Source: Thermoplasmatota archaeon
GTDB lineage: Archaea; Thermoplasmatota; Thermoplasmata; Thermoplasmatales; GCA-001856825
DNA: 64,000 nucleotides
Direction: 5' to 3'
Assembly: GCA_023381415.1 (NCBI GenBank)
Contig: JAMCUN010000004.1
Span: 26-64,025 of the forward strand
The notes below the pieces were generated by a model that made no database searches, was not told the origin of the DNA, and worked only from the letters and a program-made list of their open reading frames with translations. The position numbers were made by a program, and so were the translations under genes. This document shows, piece by piece, positions 33,443-43,228 of the stretch (position 1 is the stretch's first letter; every line of letters begins with the position of its first letter).

Positions 33443-34350
33443 GACCTGTTGAAGATATCAAGATTAGGAAAGGGATGAAGGTATCGGAACTAATGGAAAA
33501 GTTTGCGAAATCTGGCGGATTTACGGCGCCAAAGATAGCGGCCGCAGTGGATATAATCAGGGAGATGAGGAGGAACAGGGTGGAAACATTCCTCAGTTTC
33601 CCGGCGGACATTGTCTCCACAGGGACGAGAGGCGTGCTCGTAGAACTCATCGACTCCGGATTCGTGAATCACGTGATAACCACCGCCGGAACTGTTGACC
33701 ACGATCTTGCCAGGTCGTACAAGAACTACTATCGTGGAGAGTTCACGCTCGATGACGGCATGCTCCTGAAGGAGAAGAAATACAGGCTGGGGAACGTGGT
33801 GATCCCTCAGGACCATTATGGAAAGGTCATGGAAGAGAAGATGATGCCTTTCCTTGAAAGGGAATACGGGAAGAAGAAGAAATGGGCAATCAGCGACATC
33901 CTTAGGGACCTCGGAAAGGAGATGAAGGAAGGTTCCATACTCAACACCGCTTACAGGAGAGGTGTAGACGTATTCATCCCGGGTTATACGGACGGCTCCT
34001 TCGGCGCCCAGCTATGGTCCTTCTGGGAAATGTACAGGGATTTCGCCATAGACTCTCTTGAGGATGAGCACAGGCTGAGCGAAATCATGTTCAACTCTGC
34101 AAAGGGAAAGATGGGAGCCATCATTGTGGGAGGGGGGATATCTAAACATCATGTGATCTGGTGGAACCAGTTCCGCGGAGGCCTTGATTATGCTGTCTAC
34201 ATAACAACAGCACAGGAGTTTGATGGTAGCCTATCCGGGGCCCAACCGAGGGAGGCAGTTTCGTGGGGGAAGATAAAGCCAAGGGCGAAGCAGGTACTGG
34301 TCGAAGGGGAGGCTACAGTTATCCTACCACTCATAGTATCGTCCCTGTGA
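33439..34350 (+). CDS. dys: Deoxyhypusine synthase
   Basis: GGGISKHH, DGSLSGA, EAVSWGK. Confidence 0.96.
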   Translation: MRPVEDIKIRKGMKVSELMEKFAKSGGFTAPKIAAAVDIIREMRRNRVETFLSFPADIVSTGTRGVLVELIDSGFVNHVITTAGTVDHDLARSYKNYYRGEFTLDDGMLLKEKKYRLGNVVIPQDHYGKVMEEKMMPFLEREYGKKKKWAISDILRDLGKEMKEGSILNTAYRRGVDVFIPGYTDGSFGAQLWSFWEMYRDFAIDSLEDEHRLSEIMFNSAKGKMGAIIVGGGISKHHVIWWNQFRGGLDYAVYITTAQEFDGSLSGAQPREAVSWGKIKPRAKQVLVEGEATVILPLIVSSL

Positions 34351-34353
34351 ATC

Positions 34354-35094
34354 TCACACAAATCTGTAGCTGAAAGACCTGGATTCGAGCATCTTCTTGA
34401 TCGAATTCTTCTGCAAAGAATCGAACGACTTACCATCAATCAAGAAGCCTTCAGCGCCGATAGTCTTGTTGAACATTTCAGAAAGGGAGTCAGGAGTGAT
34501 TGATGCAAATCTGTACTTCGAAGCGATATGGCCGAAGGCGATCCCTTCCTTCAAAGCAAGGTTCGTGAACTTGCTTGAATAGTGCGTCCCGCCAATGCCG
34601 CACTGCACGGTCGCTTCCTCATCGTATGATTCATAGATGGACCTTGCCATGAGGTATCCTATGTCCCTGTCCCCGTATTCCATCTCGCTGGATCCGATCT
34701 CCACGAAGAGGAGAGGATTCTCTGAGTATGGGCCGTGGTGTGTTGCCTCATAAGTTATTTCGAATCCAAGGTTCCTTCCATACTTGTTAACATTCAACAG
34801 CACCCCCCTGGCAAATCTCGCGTCCGTGGGAGCCATCTTGAATTTCCTTCCCCCGTAGTCGTCAGTATCGAAATTCCCCGCTGAGTGGATGGTAAGACTC
34901 CTAATATTTTTGAGGCTCTTGTGCTGACTTGGAACTATAATGAGCTCCCCAGCTTTGGCATTTGCCACCTTTTCCGGAAAGTCGTGGTAAATAGGATGCT
35001 CATCCAGTGGTATGACGTCTACGGAAAAATTCCGTTCGAGGAAATAACTGATGTTGCTGCCTGCTACGTCATCTTTTCCATATATAACTTTCAT
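34354..35094 (-). CDS. dtdA: D-aminoacyl-tRNA deacylase (archaeal DTD2)
   Basis: S.HKS, LTIH..GN, EATHHGP, FVEIGS, GGTHY. Confidence 0.93.
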   Translation of the reverse strand: MKVIYGKDDVAGSNISYFLERNFSVDVIPLDEHPIYHDFPEKVANAKAGELIIVPSQHKSLKNIRSLTIHSAGNFDTDDYGGRKFKMAPTDARFARGVLLNVNKYGRNLGFEITYEATHHGPYSENPLLFVEIGSSEMEYGDRDIGYLMARSIYESYDEEATVQCGIGGTHYSSKFTNLALKEGIAFGHIASKYRFASITPDSLSEMFNKTIGAEGFLIDGKSFDSLQKNSIKKMLESRSFSYRFV

Positions 35095-35207
35095 CGCCTT
35101 TGAATTGAAATTCGCTTAAATTCTTTTGCTGATATGCAGAAATCCATTGCTTGGTCTACCCCATGGAAATACAAAAGAACTTTAATGAAAAGAAACTCCA
35201 TGAAGCG

Positions 35208-35864
35208 ATGCAAATGGATTCCCAAAGAGTCCCTTCAAGGATCGTCAGCTGGGAGGAGATAGAGAGATGGGCCGAGATAATTGTGGAGAAGATTGGAGAT
35301 TTCAAGTTCGATTGCGTGATATCTGTGATCCGTGGGGGCCTGGTCCCTGCCAGGATCGTCGCGGACTATCTCAGCATAAAGGACATATTCACCCTGAAGA
35401 CAGAACACTGGGGGATTACAGCAACCCCCGATGGCAAGGCTGTCGTCACCTACCCCATAGTAAAGGACCTGAAGGGGAGGTCAGTTTTGATAGTGGACGA
35501 CATAACAGATACAGGCCAATCGATAAGGCTGGCGATCGAAGCAACAATGCAGAAGAACCCGAAGGTCGTGAAGACTGCGACATTCCTTCACATAAACAAA
35601 TCAGAAGTAACTCCGGATTACTATGCAGAGGAGATTACTACAGAGAACTGGAAATGGTTCATTTTCCCGTGGAACAAGAAGGAGGACTTCAGGAACCTGA
35701 TACTGAACTGCATAGATGGAACTTCTACAAGTAATGAAGTCACATCCTGCCTGCAGAAGAAGAATGACCTTTTCATCTCAAATAGGGAGTATCAGGAAAC
35801 TTTGTCATGGCTGGAACAGAACAAGAAGATAAGGATAGAGCACGGAAGAATTACGAAGGTCTAG
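35208..35864 (+). CDS. Type I phosphoribosyltransferase (purine PRT-like) with C-terminal extension
   Basis: RGGLVPAR, VLIVDDITDTGQS, WFIFPW. Confidence 0.9.
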   Translation: MQMDSQRVPSRIVSWEEIERWAEIIVEKIGDFKFDCVISVIRGGLVPARIVADYLSIKDIFTLKTEHWGITATPDGKAVVTYPIVKDLKGRSVLIVDDITDTGQSIRLAIEATMQKNPKVVKTATFLHINKSEVTPDYYAEEITTENWKWFIFPWNKKEDFRNLILNCIDGTSTSNEVTSCLQKKNDLFISNREYQETLSWLEQNKKIRIEHGRITKV

Positions 35865-36790
35865 GCAGTCACTATAGTGCCTGAAGTACCATTGAGGGAG
35901 TCGTACATATTTTCTGCATTGGTGATTATTGCCTTCCTCCCAGTCTTCTCAACGAAATTTATTGCTGCATCTATCTTGGGGAGCATGCTTCCAGTCGCAA
36001 AGTGACCTTCCCCCCTAAGCCTCTTCAGCTCGTCCAGTCCGACAGTTCCAAGTTTCTGCATGTTCGGTTTGTTGAAATTTATGTAGGCAGCATCCACAGC
36101 TGTCAGGATAATGAAGATATCAACGTTGAGCTTCGTAGCTATCAGGGCAGAGGCAAGATCCTTGTCTATCACAGCCTCAACCCCTGAGTATCCACCGTTT
36201 GATCTTATGACAGGTATCCCCCCTCCGCCAACTGCAATTGGTACGAACATCTCATTCATAAGATAGCTTATCTGGTCTATCTCCACTATGTCGACAGGGC
36301 GAGGAGATGGTACAACCCTCCTATAGCCCCTGCCGGCATCCTCCCTCATCACAAAACCGTTGTTTGCCTCAAGTATCTTGGCCTCGTCCCTGGTGTAGTA
36401 TTTCCCAACAGGCTTTGTAGGGTTCTTGAAAGCCGGATCATCCTTATCCACTACCGTTCTTGTTATAAGTGTCACTGTCTTCTTCTTCACTCCTGTATCA
36501 TTGAAAACCTTCTGAAAAGCAGTTTGGAGGAAGTAGCCTATGTTTCCCTGGGACATTGCTCCACATACATCAAGTGGCATTGCCGGGCTCACTGAGCTGG
36601 AGAACTCATTCTGGAGGAGGATCGCGCCCACCTGGGGCCCGTTTCCATGTGTCAAAACGACCTGGTTCTCCCTGAAAAAATCATAGGTTTTCCTTGCGGT
36701 CTGCTCTGCTCGATATATCTGCTCCTCTGCCGTTCCCCTGTCGTACTTTTCCAACAACGCGTTTCCGCCAACTGCTAATATTGCCCTCAT
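35861..36790 (-). CDS. arcC: Carbamate kinase
   Basis: AVGGNAL, THGNGPQVG, RRVVPSP, VIDKDLAS, GSMLPK. Confidence 0.96.
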   Translation of the reverse strand: MRAILAVGGNALLEKYDRGTAEEQIYRAEQTARKTYDFFRENQVVLTHGNGPQVGAILLQNEFSSSVSPAMPLDVCGAMSQGNIGYFLQTAFQKVFNDTGVKKKTVTLITRTVVDKDDPAFKNPTKPVGKYYTRDEAKILEANNGFVMREDAGRGYRRVVPSPRPVDIVEIDQISYLMNEMFVPIAVGGGGIPVIRSNGGYSGVEAVIDKDLASALIATKLNVDIFIILTAVDAAYINFNKPNMQKLGTVGLDELKRLRGEGHFATGSMLPKIDAAINFVEKTGRKAIITNAENMYDSLNGTSGTIVTA

Positions 36791-36961
36791 ACTACCGTCC
36801 TGGAGGAGACATCAGTTCTTCCGCATTATTGAAAATTACCATCTCATCCTTATTGTTGAAAGAAGCTATAAATGGATCGTAAATCCCCCCAGCACATTTT
36901 TTCCTGTTAGGAAGCAACCAATGACCTTATACCAAGGGGATATGATGTGAAGTTGAAAAAA

Positions 36962-37660
36962 ATGACAACATACGTTTTGGTACCAGGTGCATGGCTAGGA
37001 TCCTGGGTCTGGACAAGAGTGGCGCCATACATTCAGAACGAGGGAAACAGGGTACTTCCAGTTACGCTGACGGGCATGGGGGAGCGGGTCCATCTCCTTT
37101 CCCTCGATATAGGAATAGAAACGGCAGTGAACGATGTCATAAACACAATCAAATACAACGAGTTGGAAGAAGTTGTTCTAGTGGGTCACAGTTTTGCAAC
37201 AAAGGTGGTGTCTGTGGTAGGAGATAGAATGCCGAAAAGGGTGATAAAGGTGATCTATCTTGATACCTTCAGGCCTGAGAAGACAAGGAAAGCACAGCTC
37301 AGCTTCCCGCCAGACGAGTTTGGCGAGGTGGAGCAAGGGCAGCTTACAGTGCCATTTACCGACAGGGTACTGGATGCGATCGGACGGGACGTGACTGGTG
37401 CGGACAGAGACTGGATGAAATCACTTACCACCCCCTGGCCACTGAGGTACGCCACTGACCCAATAGTCCTGACAGAGAACTACGATAATCTAGATGTGGC
37501 GCACATTTTCTGCACAAAGGGGGACTATGACGTCAAGGACCCGATCTCAGGTAAATGGGGAGTCCTGGAAGGAGACTATAGAACTATAGAGGCAGCCCAC
37601 TTCCCGATGGTAACTAAACCTCAGGAGACAGCACAGACGATCATGGAGCTCTCCGACTAG
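36962..37660 (+). CDS. Alpha/beta hydrolase (methylesterase/SABP2-like)
   Basis: VLVPGAW oxyanion loop, GHSFA nucleophile elbow, C-terminal HFPM. Confidence 0.88.
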   Translation: MTTYVLVPGAWLGSWVWTRVAPYIQNEGNRVLPVTLTGMGERVHLLSLDIGIETAVNDVINTIKYNELEEVVLVGHSFATKVVSVVGDRMPKRVIKVIYLDTFRPEKTRKAQLSFPPDEFGEVEQGQLTVPFTDRVLDAIGRDVTGADRDWMKSLTTPWPLRYATDPIVLTENYDNLDVAHIFCTKGDYDVKDPISGKWGVLEGDYRTIEAAHFPMVTKPQETAQTIMELSD

Positions 37661-37715
37661 CGGTCCAGGGAATATCAAAGCACTGACTGCCTTTCCTTAG
37701 CAGTTGTCCTGCATT

Positions 37716-38330
37716 TCACTTAAGAATCTTTCCTGTCATCATATACCATACCACTAGGTCCATTATTCCTGGCTCTAGGGAATACTCCGAAGAAAGCTTC
37801 AAAAATAGCTTCTCTTCCGTCTCGTAGTCCTTCCTGCTCTTGATCCTTATCTCTCTACCGAAATAGTCGGAAAGGAAACGCTGTATGTGCTTGTCCAGAA
37901 TGGGGTATTCGAAATACCCTATATTGCGCAGGAAATGTGATGCCTCCTTCATGCCAATTCCCATGTAGTTTTCTACAAGCAGATTCCTCCTATCTTCCGA
38001 TTCAAGTATATCTTGCAGCATGTGCTTCTTCCCGTAATTATGGGAAATGAACCTGGCCCTGGTATTGGGGAACCTGTAATGAGATTCCTTAAGGGCTTTC
38101 TTCAGGCTTTCCTCATCAAATCTCTCAAGTTTCTCAAGTAATTCCTGGTTCTTGAGCCCCATTTCTGCAGATGTGTTTGCGGTAAGTGTACAGAATATCA
38201 GTTCAGAGAATTTTCTGTCCAGAGAGGCATCCCTGTTTCTTGAAAATTCTTCCCTTCTCCTCAGTATAAGGCCGAAAACATCCCTGTCAGAGATGACGGA
38301 GCGGATTCTGCTGTCGTGGGGTTCAGGCAT
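37716..38330 (-). CDS. ogg: 8-oxoguanine DNA glycosylase/AP lyase
   Basis: ELIFCTLTAN, GIGMKEASHFLRNIG, ILDKH, C-terminal TGKILK. Confidence 0.94.
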   Translation of the reverse strand: MPEPHDSRIRSVISDRDVFGLILRRREEFSRNRDASLDRKFSELIFCTLTANTSAEMGLKNQELLEKLERFDEESLKKALKESHYRFPNTRARFISHNYGKKHMLQDILESEDRRNLLVENYMGIGMKEASHFLRNIGYFEYPILDKHIQRFLSDYFGREIRIKSRKDYETEEKLFLKLSSEYSLEPGIMDLVVWYMMTGKILK

Positions 38331-38493
38331 CAATTGTGCTATGATTCCTACCTTGTAAATTTTATCTAGTACCTTTGGAACAACCATCTTCGAAAATGGA
38401 AGCAAAGCAGAAATTGAATCCTTATTAGGGAGAAAGCCATCTACACAAATTATATTTATATTTAATAGCTATACAATATTACGGTGAATATAA

Positions 38494-38709
38494 ATGGGCG
38501 ATCTTACGCCATTTGCTCAAAAAGTATACGATTCCCTTAAGCGACTTGGCTCAACATCTGAAGACAAGATGAAGACGGCCGACGATATAATGAAGGCAAG
38601 CTCAATGGGAAAGGGTCTTGTCACGAACGCATTGCAGGAACTGCTCAATAAGGGATACGTAAAGAGAGTGGTCAGGCAAAAAAGCGCTGGGTATTTTGTA
38701 GTCAAATGA
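38494..38709 (+). CDS. Small basic winged-helix protein
   Basis: TADDI..GKGLVTNALQELLNKGYVKR wHTH pattern; strong TATA upstream. Confidence 0.75.
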   Translation: MGDLTPFAQKVYDSLKRLGSTSEDKMKTADDIMKASSMGKGLVTNALQELLNKGYVKRVVRQKSAGYFVVK

Positions 38710-39878
38710 GCAAGACTCTAGTCCTCTGCGTGGACAGGGACAATGATTTTGGAGAGAAGGCAGGAGTAAAGTCACCTATCATCGGAAGGGAAAGCAATCT
38801 CTCAGCCGCAAACGCTCTAATGCTTAGTGATCCGGAGGACTCCGATTCTAACGCCCTATTTTCCGCTATCTCGACCTACGATACACTTTCAAAGTCTGGG
38901 GAAACGGTAGAAATAGCAACAATTTGCGGCGACAGGAATGTTGGGACACACTCCGATGAGATACTGGGTGCCCAGATTGACCATGTTGTGAATTCGGTGA
39001 ATCCAACAGATGTCATTGTAGTTTCAGATGGTGCAGAGGACGAGTTCATACTCCCTCTGATACAGAGCAGGGTCAAGATTCGCGCTATAAAGAGGGTCAC
39101 GGTAAGGCAGGCGCCGCAGATAGAATCACTGTACTACATTGTCGTGAAGGCACTCAAGGAGGAGAAGTTCCTGAAAAAGGTACTGGTTCCAATAGGAGTT
39201 GCTTTTCTTGTATTCGGACTGACGATCTTGGTTGTACTCGGACTCAGGGTTTACCTGTATGGCTTAAGCAGCCTTGATCCCACAACAACTGCATTCATGG
39301 CTGTAATGAGCGCAATAGGCATCTATTTCCTCGGCAAAGCGTATTCGGCCGGCAAGAAAATAACTGATACGTTTTCGACACTCGTGGAGGAGTTCGTTAA
39401 TACAAGGGTCACTGTATTCTCTCTCCTCATAGCAATAGCAACATTTGCATATGGAGTGTATATAGGTCTCGAGGTTGCCTTCCATACAAACGGAATCGTA
39501 CCCAGTCTTATCTACCTAGTATACAGGCTTGTCCCGTTCACAATAGCTGCAATATTGATATTTGACCTTGGCAGGATAGTCGAGGGATTCCTGATTTTCG
39601 AGAGAGGGAAGAGGTCGGAAGCGATAAAGTCTTATCTCCTATCTGCCTCTTTCTATATCAGCTTCTTTGCAGCTGTCCTGGGCCTGCTGTCTTTCGTCAC
39701 GTACGGATTTCAGACAGGCGCTGCGAAGGAAGATACCCTCGGTCTTGCAGTGATCCTCACGGTAGCCGGGGTAGCTTCAGGGGTTGTAATATCGATAATA
39801 AGAAGGAAATATGCTAAGGGAAATAAGGTACTCAGCACAGAAGGCGATACTCCACAGAAGGATAGTCGCAACGTTTAA
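38706..39878 (+). CDS. DUF373 family membrane protein
   Basis: LCVDRDND, DPEDSDSN, SDGAEDE, then multiple TM helices. Confidence 0.9.
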   Translation: MSKTLVLCVDRDNDFGEKAGVKSPIIGRESNLSAANALMLSDPEDSDSNALFSAISTYDTLSKSGETVEIATICGDRNVGTHSDEILGAQIDHVVNSVNPTDVIVVSDGAEDEFILPLIQSRVKIRAIKRVTVRQAPQIESLYYIVVKALKEEKFLKKVLVPIGVAFLVFGLTILVVLGLRVYLYGLSSLDPTTTAFMAVMSAIGIYFLGKAYSAGKKITDTFSTLVEEFVNTRVTVFSLLIAIATFAYGVYIGLEVAFHTNGIVPSLIYLVYRLVPFTIAAILIFDLGRIVEGFLIFERGKRSEAIKSYLLSASFYISFFAAVLGLLSFVTYGFQTGAAKEDTLGLAVILTVAGVASGVVISIIRRKYAKGNKVLSTEGDTPQKDSRNV

Positions 39879-40434
39879 TTTCAACCCATATCTTGACTTC
39901 CTTGCGGGAATCGAGCTGAACGGCCTGATAGGGAAAGATATGTGGTCAAGTCTTCCGAGGGAGAGGATCGTAAGTGTTATTGGTCCGGCAAACCCTTCGA
40001 ACGACCCGGAGGGTTTTGTGATAGTCGCAGATTCTGCCCTGAGATATTATTCAGGAAGGTACGACATGGTTGTCTCTGACTTGGACGGCCCCGTGGAAAA
40101 GATAGTGGGAAACGAGGAATGCATAAAGGTGATCCATGCTCATGGGGACAACATCGAATCGCTAAGCAGATATATACCTGATATGAGAGGTATTATACTG
40201 GGAACCACGCAGAGCATTCCCCTCAAAAGGGTGAAGAACATAGGGGGTTTCACCGACGGAGATAGGAGCGTGATTATGGGTGCAATTTTGGGAGCAAAGA
40301 AAATCTACATTCACGGCTTCGATTTCTCAAGGCCGGTGGATGAACCTGCCAACTTAAAGATGAAGAAAATGCTTTTCGGGAAAGACATAATAGAAAGCAG
40401 AAATGGGCCAGAGATTGAGTACGTGAACAGATGA
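39811..40434 (+). CDS. mptE: 6-hydroxymethyl-7,8-dihydropterin pyrophosphokinase MptE-like
   Basis: VSDLDG, HAHGDN, GGFTDGDR, GFDF; start overlaps the upstream gene and is uncertain. Confidence 0.85.
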   Translation: MLREIRYSAQKAILHRRIVATFNFNPYLDFLAGIELNGLIGKDMWSSLPRERIVSVIGPANPSNDPEGFVIVADSALRYYSGRYDMVVSDLDGPVEKIVGNEECIKVIHAHGDNIESLSRYIPDMRGIILGTTQSIPLKRVKNIGGFTDGDRSVIMGAILGAKKIYIHGFDFSRPVDEPANLKMKKMLFGKDIIESRNGPEIEYVNR

Positions 40435-40868
40435 TAATAGTTGACAGCATGCTAGGGAAATTATCGCGATACTTGAGATTGATAGGGTATGAAGTAGAGT
40501 ATATCGGGAGCGATAAGGACGATTCTTATATCATCAGCATATGCAAGGACAGGTTGATGATCACTCGGGACAGGCAGCTGCACGAAAGGGTTGCAAACTC
40601 CATACTTCTAAGGTCTTTTGACACTCTGGAGCAGCTCAAAGAACTCAAGGGGAAGCTCCCTCCTGCAGAGCACAGTTTCATGGAGTTGTGCAGTGTCTGC
40701 GGTACAATTGTCGAAAGAGCTGAGCTAAATGGAGATGTCCCCGATTACGTCAATAAGAACGCGAAGGAAATATTCCGCTGCAAAAAATGTGGAAGGTACT
40801 ACTGGAACGGGAGTCACACGGATCACTTCAGGAAACAGATGGAGATGATAGGATATGAAATTCACTAG
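40431..40868 (+). CDS. Mut7-C (DUF82) PIN-like RNase with Zn ribbon
   Basis: D.MLGKL.RYLR..G, TRD, C..C...C..C.RYYW.GSH. Confidence 0.9.
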   Translation: MIIVDSMLGKLSRYLRLIGYEVEYIGSDKDDSYIISICKDRLMITRDRQLHERVANSILLRSFDTLEQLKELKGKLPPAEHSFMELCSVCGTIVERAELNGDVPDYVNKNAKEIFRCKKCGRYYWNGSHTDHFRKQMEMIGYEIH

Positions 40869-41856
40869 AGATGGGGATGTGGTCAACATAGAGGTGACGG
40901 GAGGTGAGGACCTGTGGTATCTCTCCCTACTGCTGGGGGAAGGGGACGTTCTGATATCAGAAGTGCTTAGGAGGGTTGAAAGGAAGGATGACGTTCTAAG
41001 GAACAAGAAGACGGAGCGAGAAAGGATAAAGGTATCAATTAGTATAGAGGAAGTTGAATTCATGGAACTTTCATCGAGGCTGCACATTCTAGGCAAGATA
41101 ACGGGGGGACCGGAGGAATATCTCGGGGAGCATCAATCCGTGAATGTGGAACCGGGTAACTTGGTATCAATCATCCCTAGGGATATGGAAAGATTCGTTC
41201 GTGACCTGGAAGAATCTTCCGGCCTGACCAATTCGACGGTTTTCGTTCTTTCTACTGACGACCAGAATATCTCTCTCTACGGGGTGAACGAGTCCAGGAA
41301 CGAGCTGATATGGAGGATTCAGACGGGTTCAGGAAAGATGTACGAGGGAAAGGAAGGTGAGAGCCGCTACGAACTCCTGAACAGGATGGAGAAATTCAGG
41401 CAATCTGACGTCTACGTAATAGGCCCCTCTATATTCAGGGACTCCACATCTAAACTCCTCTCACAAAACGGATTCAAGTCAATAAACTCTCAGATAGGAA
41501 GCTCAGAGGAGGAAGGAATCAGGGAACTCCTTCAGGAAGGAGTGGTCAACCTGAGGAGGAGCGCTGAAAGCAGGCTGGTGTCTGATTTTCTAAAGGGGGT
41601 AGGAAGCGGATTTTCATGCTACGGGAAATCTGAAGTGGAGAGGGCGCTGGATATGCGGGCAGTATCCACACTGTTGATATCCGATAAATTCTTCAGGAAC
41701 ACTTCTGCCTCACGATTCATGGAAAAATGTCACGAGGGAGGGTGCAAGCTCTTCGTTGTCCACAGCTCGTGGGAGACGGGAAGGATAGTGGATTCGTACG
41801 GAGGTGCGGTCGCGGTACTGAGGTACAGGATTGACTACTCACCCTCCGGAGAATGA
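40855..41856 (+). CDS. pelA: Pelota (aDom34) ribosome rescue factor, divergent
   Basis: DLWYL....GD, RLHILGKI..GPE..LGEHQS, AV.TLLISD, GGAVAVLRY. Confidence 0.88.
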   Translation: MKFTRDGDVVNIEVTGGEDLWYLSLLLGEGDVLISEVLRRVERKDDVLRNKKTERERIKVSISIEEVEFMELSSRLHILGKITGGPEEYLGEHQSVNVEPGNLVSIIPRDMERFVRDLEESSGLTNSTVFVLSTDDQNISLYGVNESRNELIWRIQTGSGKMYEGKEGESRYELLNRMEKFRQSDVYVIGPSIFRDSTSKLLSQNGFKSINSQIGSSEEEGIRELLQEGVVNLRRSAESRLVSDFLKGVGSGFSCYGKSEVERALDMRAVSTLLISDKFFRNTSASRFMEKCHEGGCKLFVVHSSWETGRIVDSYGGAVAVLRYRIDYSPSGE

Positions 41857-42036
41857 CTTTATTATGGTTATATAATCGTCATCTCCGATGGTAACGTCCT
41901 CAGGGATCGGCTTCCCGTTCTTCAGTATGATGGTCGAAGTCGGGCTAAAGCCAAGCTGCTTAAGGATCGTTTCGCCTTTGCGGTTCCCTTCCACTTTTAT
42001 CTCCTCTGCCTCACCTACAATCTTCACCTTTGTCAT
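41839..42036 (-). CDS. Ubiquitin-like sulfur carrier (SAMP/ThiS/MoaD family)
   Basis: 65 aa beta-grasp, NGKPIPED, C-terminal SGG. Confidence 0.88.
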   Translation of the reverse strand: MTKVKIVGEAEEIKVEGNRKGETILKQLGFSPTSTIILKNGKPIPEDVTIGDDDYITIIKSFSGG

Positions 42037-42144
42037 GTCACAGCTTGTTGAACATGGCAGGATCATTAAAAAATTTTGATGCGGTATGGGCTGCATTGTG
42101 GGCAAATCCTGAAGTTAAAATATCGGTGATGCATTTCAACTGGT

Positions 42145-42957
42145 TTGCACAACTTTGTTGACGACCGGAACAAGGAGGTGAAAGTACCAGAGCGACCTGA
42201 AAGGATCATAAGCCTGAGCCCTGCAATAACAGAGATTCTTTTCGAGCTAGGTCTAGGAGACAGAGTAGTAGGGGTGACTGCATTCTGCGTGAGACCACCT
42301 GAAGCGGCAGGTAAGAAAAAGGTGGCAAGCTACGGTTATGCAAGCATCGAGCAGTTCGAGAAACTGAAGCCAGACTTAGTACTCACTGTGACCGGATACC
42401 AGAACGCCCTGGCGGACCAGCTTGCACCTCATTTCGCCACATTCTCGTTCAGGCTCCCATCATCCATAGCAGGTGTTACAGACCTTCCGACAAAGGTTGG
42501 AGCCGTGACCGGAAGGGTGGAAGAAGGAAGGGAGATTGAAAAATCCCTCCTGCAGGCCGTTGGACGCGTGAAGAGGGGAAGGGAGAAATCAGCGTACTTT
42601 GAGTGCGACCTGGGAGGTCCTGTGGCATTCGGTTCACTGTCTTACATCACGGACGTCCTCAGTTTCATGAATTTCAAGTCTCTTTATTCCACAGCACCCG
42701 TTGAGTGGCTGAATCCAGACATGGATTTCGTTAAGGATCAGGATCCAGAGTTCATCATAATAGAACCTAAGATGTTCTCTAAAAGGGACACCCATCTGGT
42801 GGAGAAGTTGGTCTCAGAAAGGGGATGGGAAGGCTTATCAGCATACAGGAATCAGAGGATCTTTGTCACTCCTGGGAGTTACGATTTCTTTGCGCACCAC
42901 GGTCCATCCCTTGTAAGGGAGGTGCTCCCGTGGCTGGAGGGGCTGGACAGGGAGTAG
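42145..42957 (+). CDS. BtuF/Fe-siderophore-type substrate-binding protein, no signal peptide
   Basis: PERIISLSPAITEILFELG, LKPDLVL, HHGPS. Confidence 0.85.
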   Translation: MHNFVDDRNKEVKVPERPERIISLSPAITEILFELGLGDRVVGVTAFCVRPPEAAGKKKVASYGYASIEQFEKLKPDLVLTVTGYQNALADQLAPHFATFSFRLPSSIAGVTDLPTKVGAVTGRVEEGREIEKSLLQAVGRVKRGREKSAYFECDLGGPVAFGSLSYITDVLSFMNFKSLYSTAPVEWLNPDMDFVKDQDPEFIIIEPKMFSKRDTHLVEKLVSERGWEGLSAYRNQRIFVTPGSYDFFAHHGPSLVREVLPWLEGLDRE

Positions 42958-43228
42958 TATATCCATCTACCTGTTCTAACCCTTAGCGCCTCGATCATTT
43001 TCAGAAAGTCTATTAAACCTTATGGTAGACTCAGGGGGCTAAGTTGGAAAAAAGGGGTGAATTCATTTGCCTCAAAATATATTTATCAAAACTAACAAAC
43101 TTGAACACAAAGAATATGTATGACAAAAAAATAAGGTTGAGCAATTCCAGAGGTTTAAAATGAGTTTGTGTAAAAATTCAAAAAATGATTGGACTAAATG
43201 CTTTGGATTGCTGGAGGGCTAGATTTTT

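Noticed and set aside
32438-35094. tyrS-dys-dtdA clustering as a new system
   Set aside because: Ordinary grouping of translation housekeeping genes; dtdA is convergent, not co-transcribed
39811-39878. 68-nt overlap between DUF373 and mptE as a possible frameshift
   Set aside because: Both frames are intact; the overlap is a low-complexity DUF373 tail over a plausible MptE N-terminal helix
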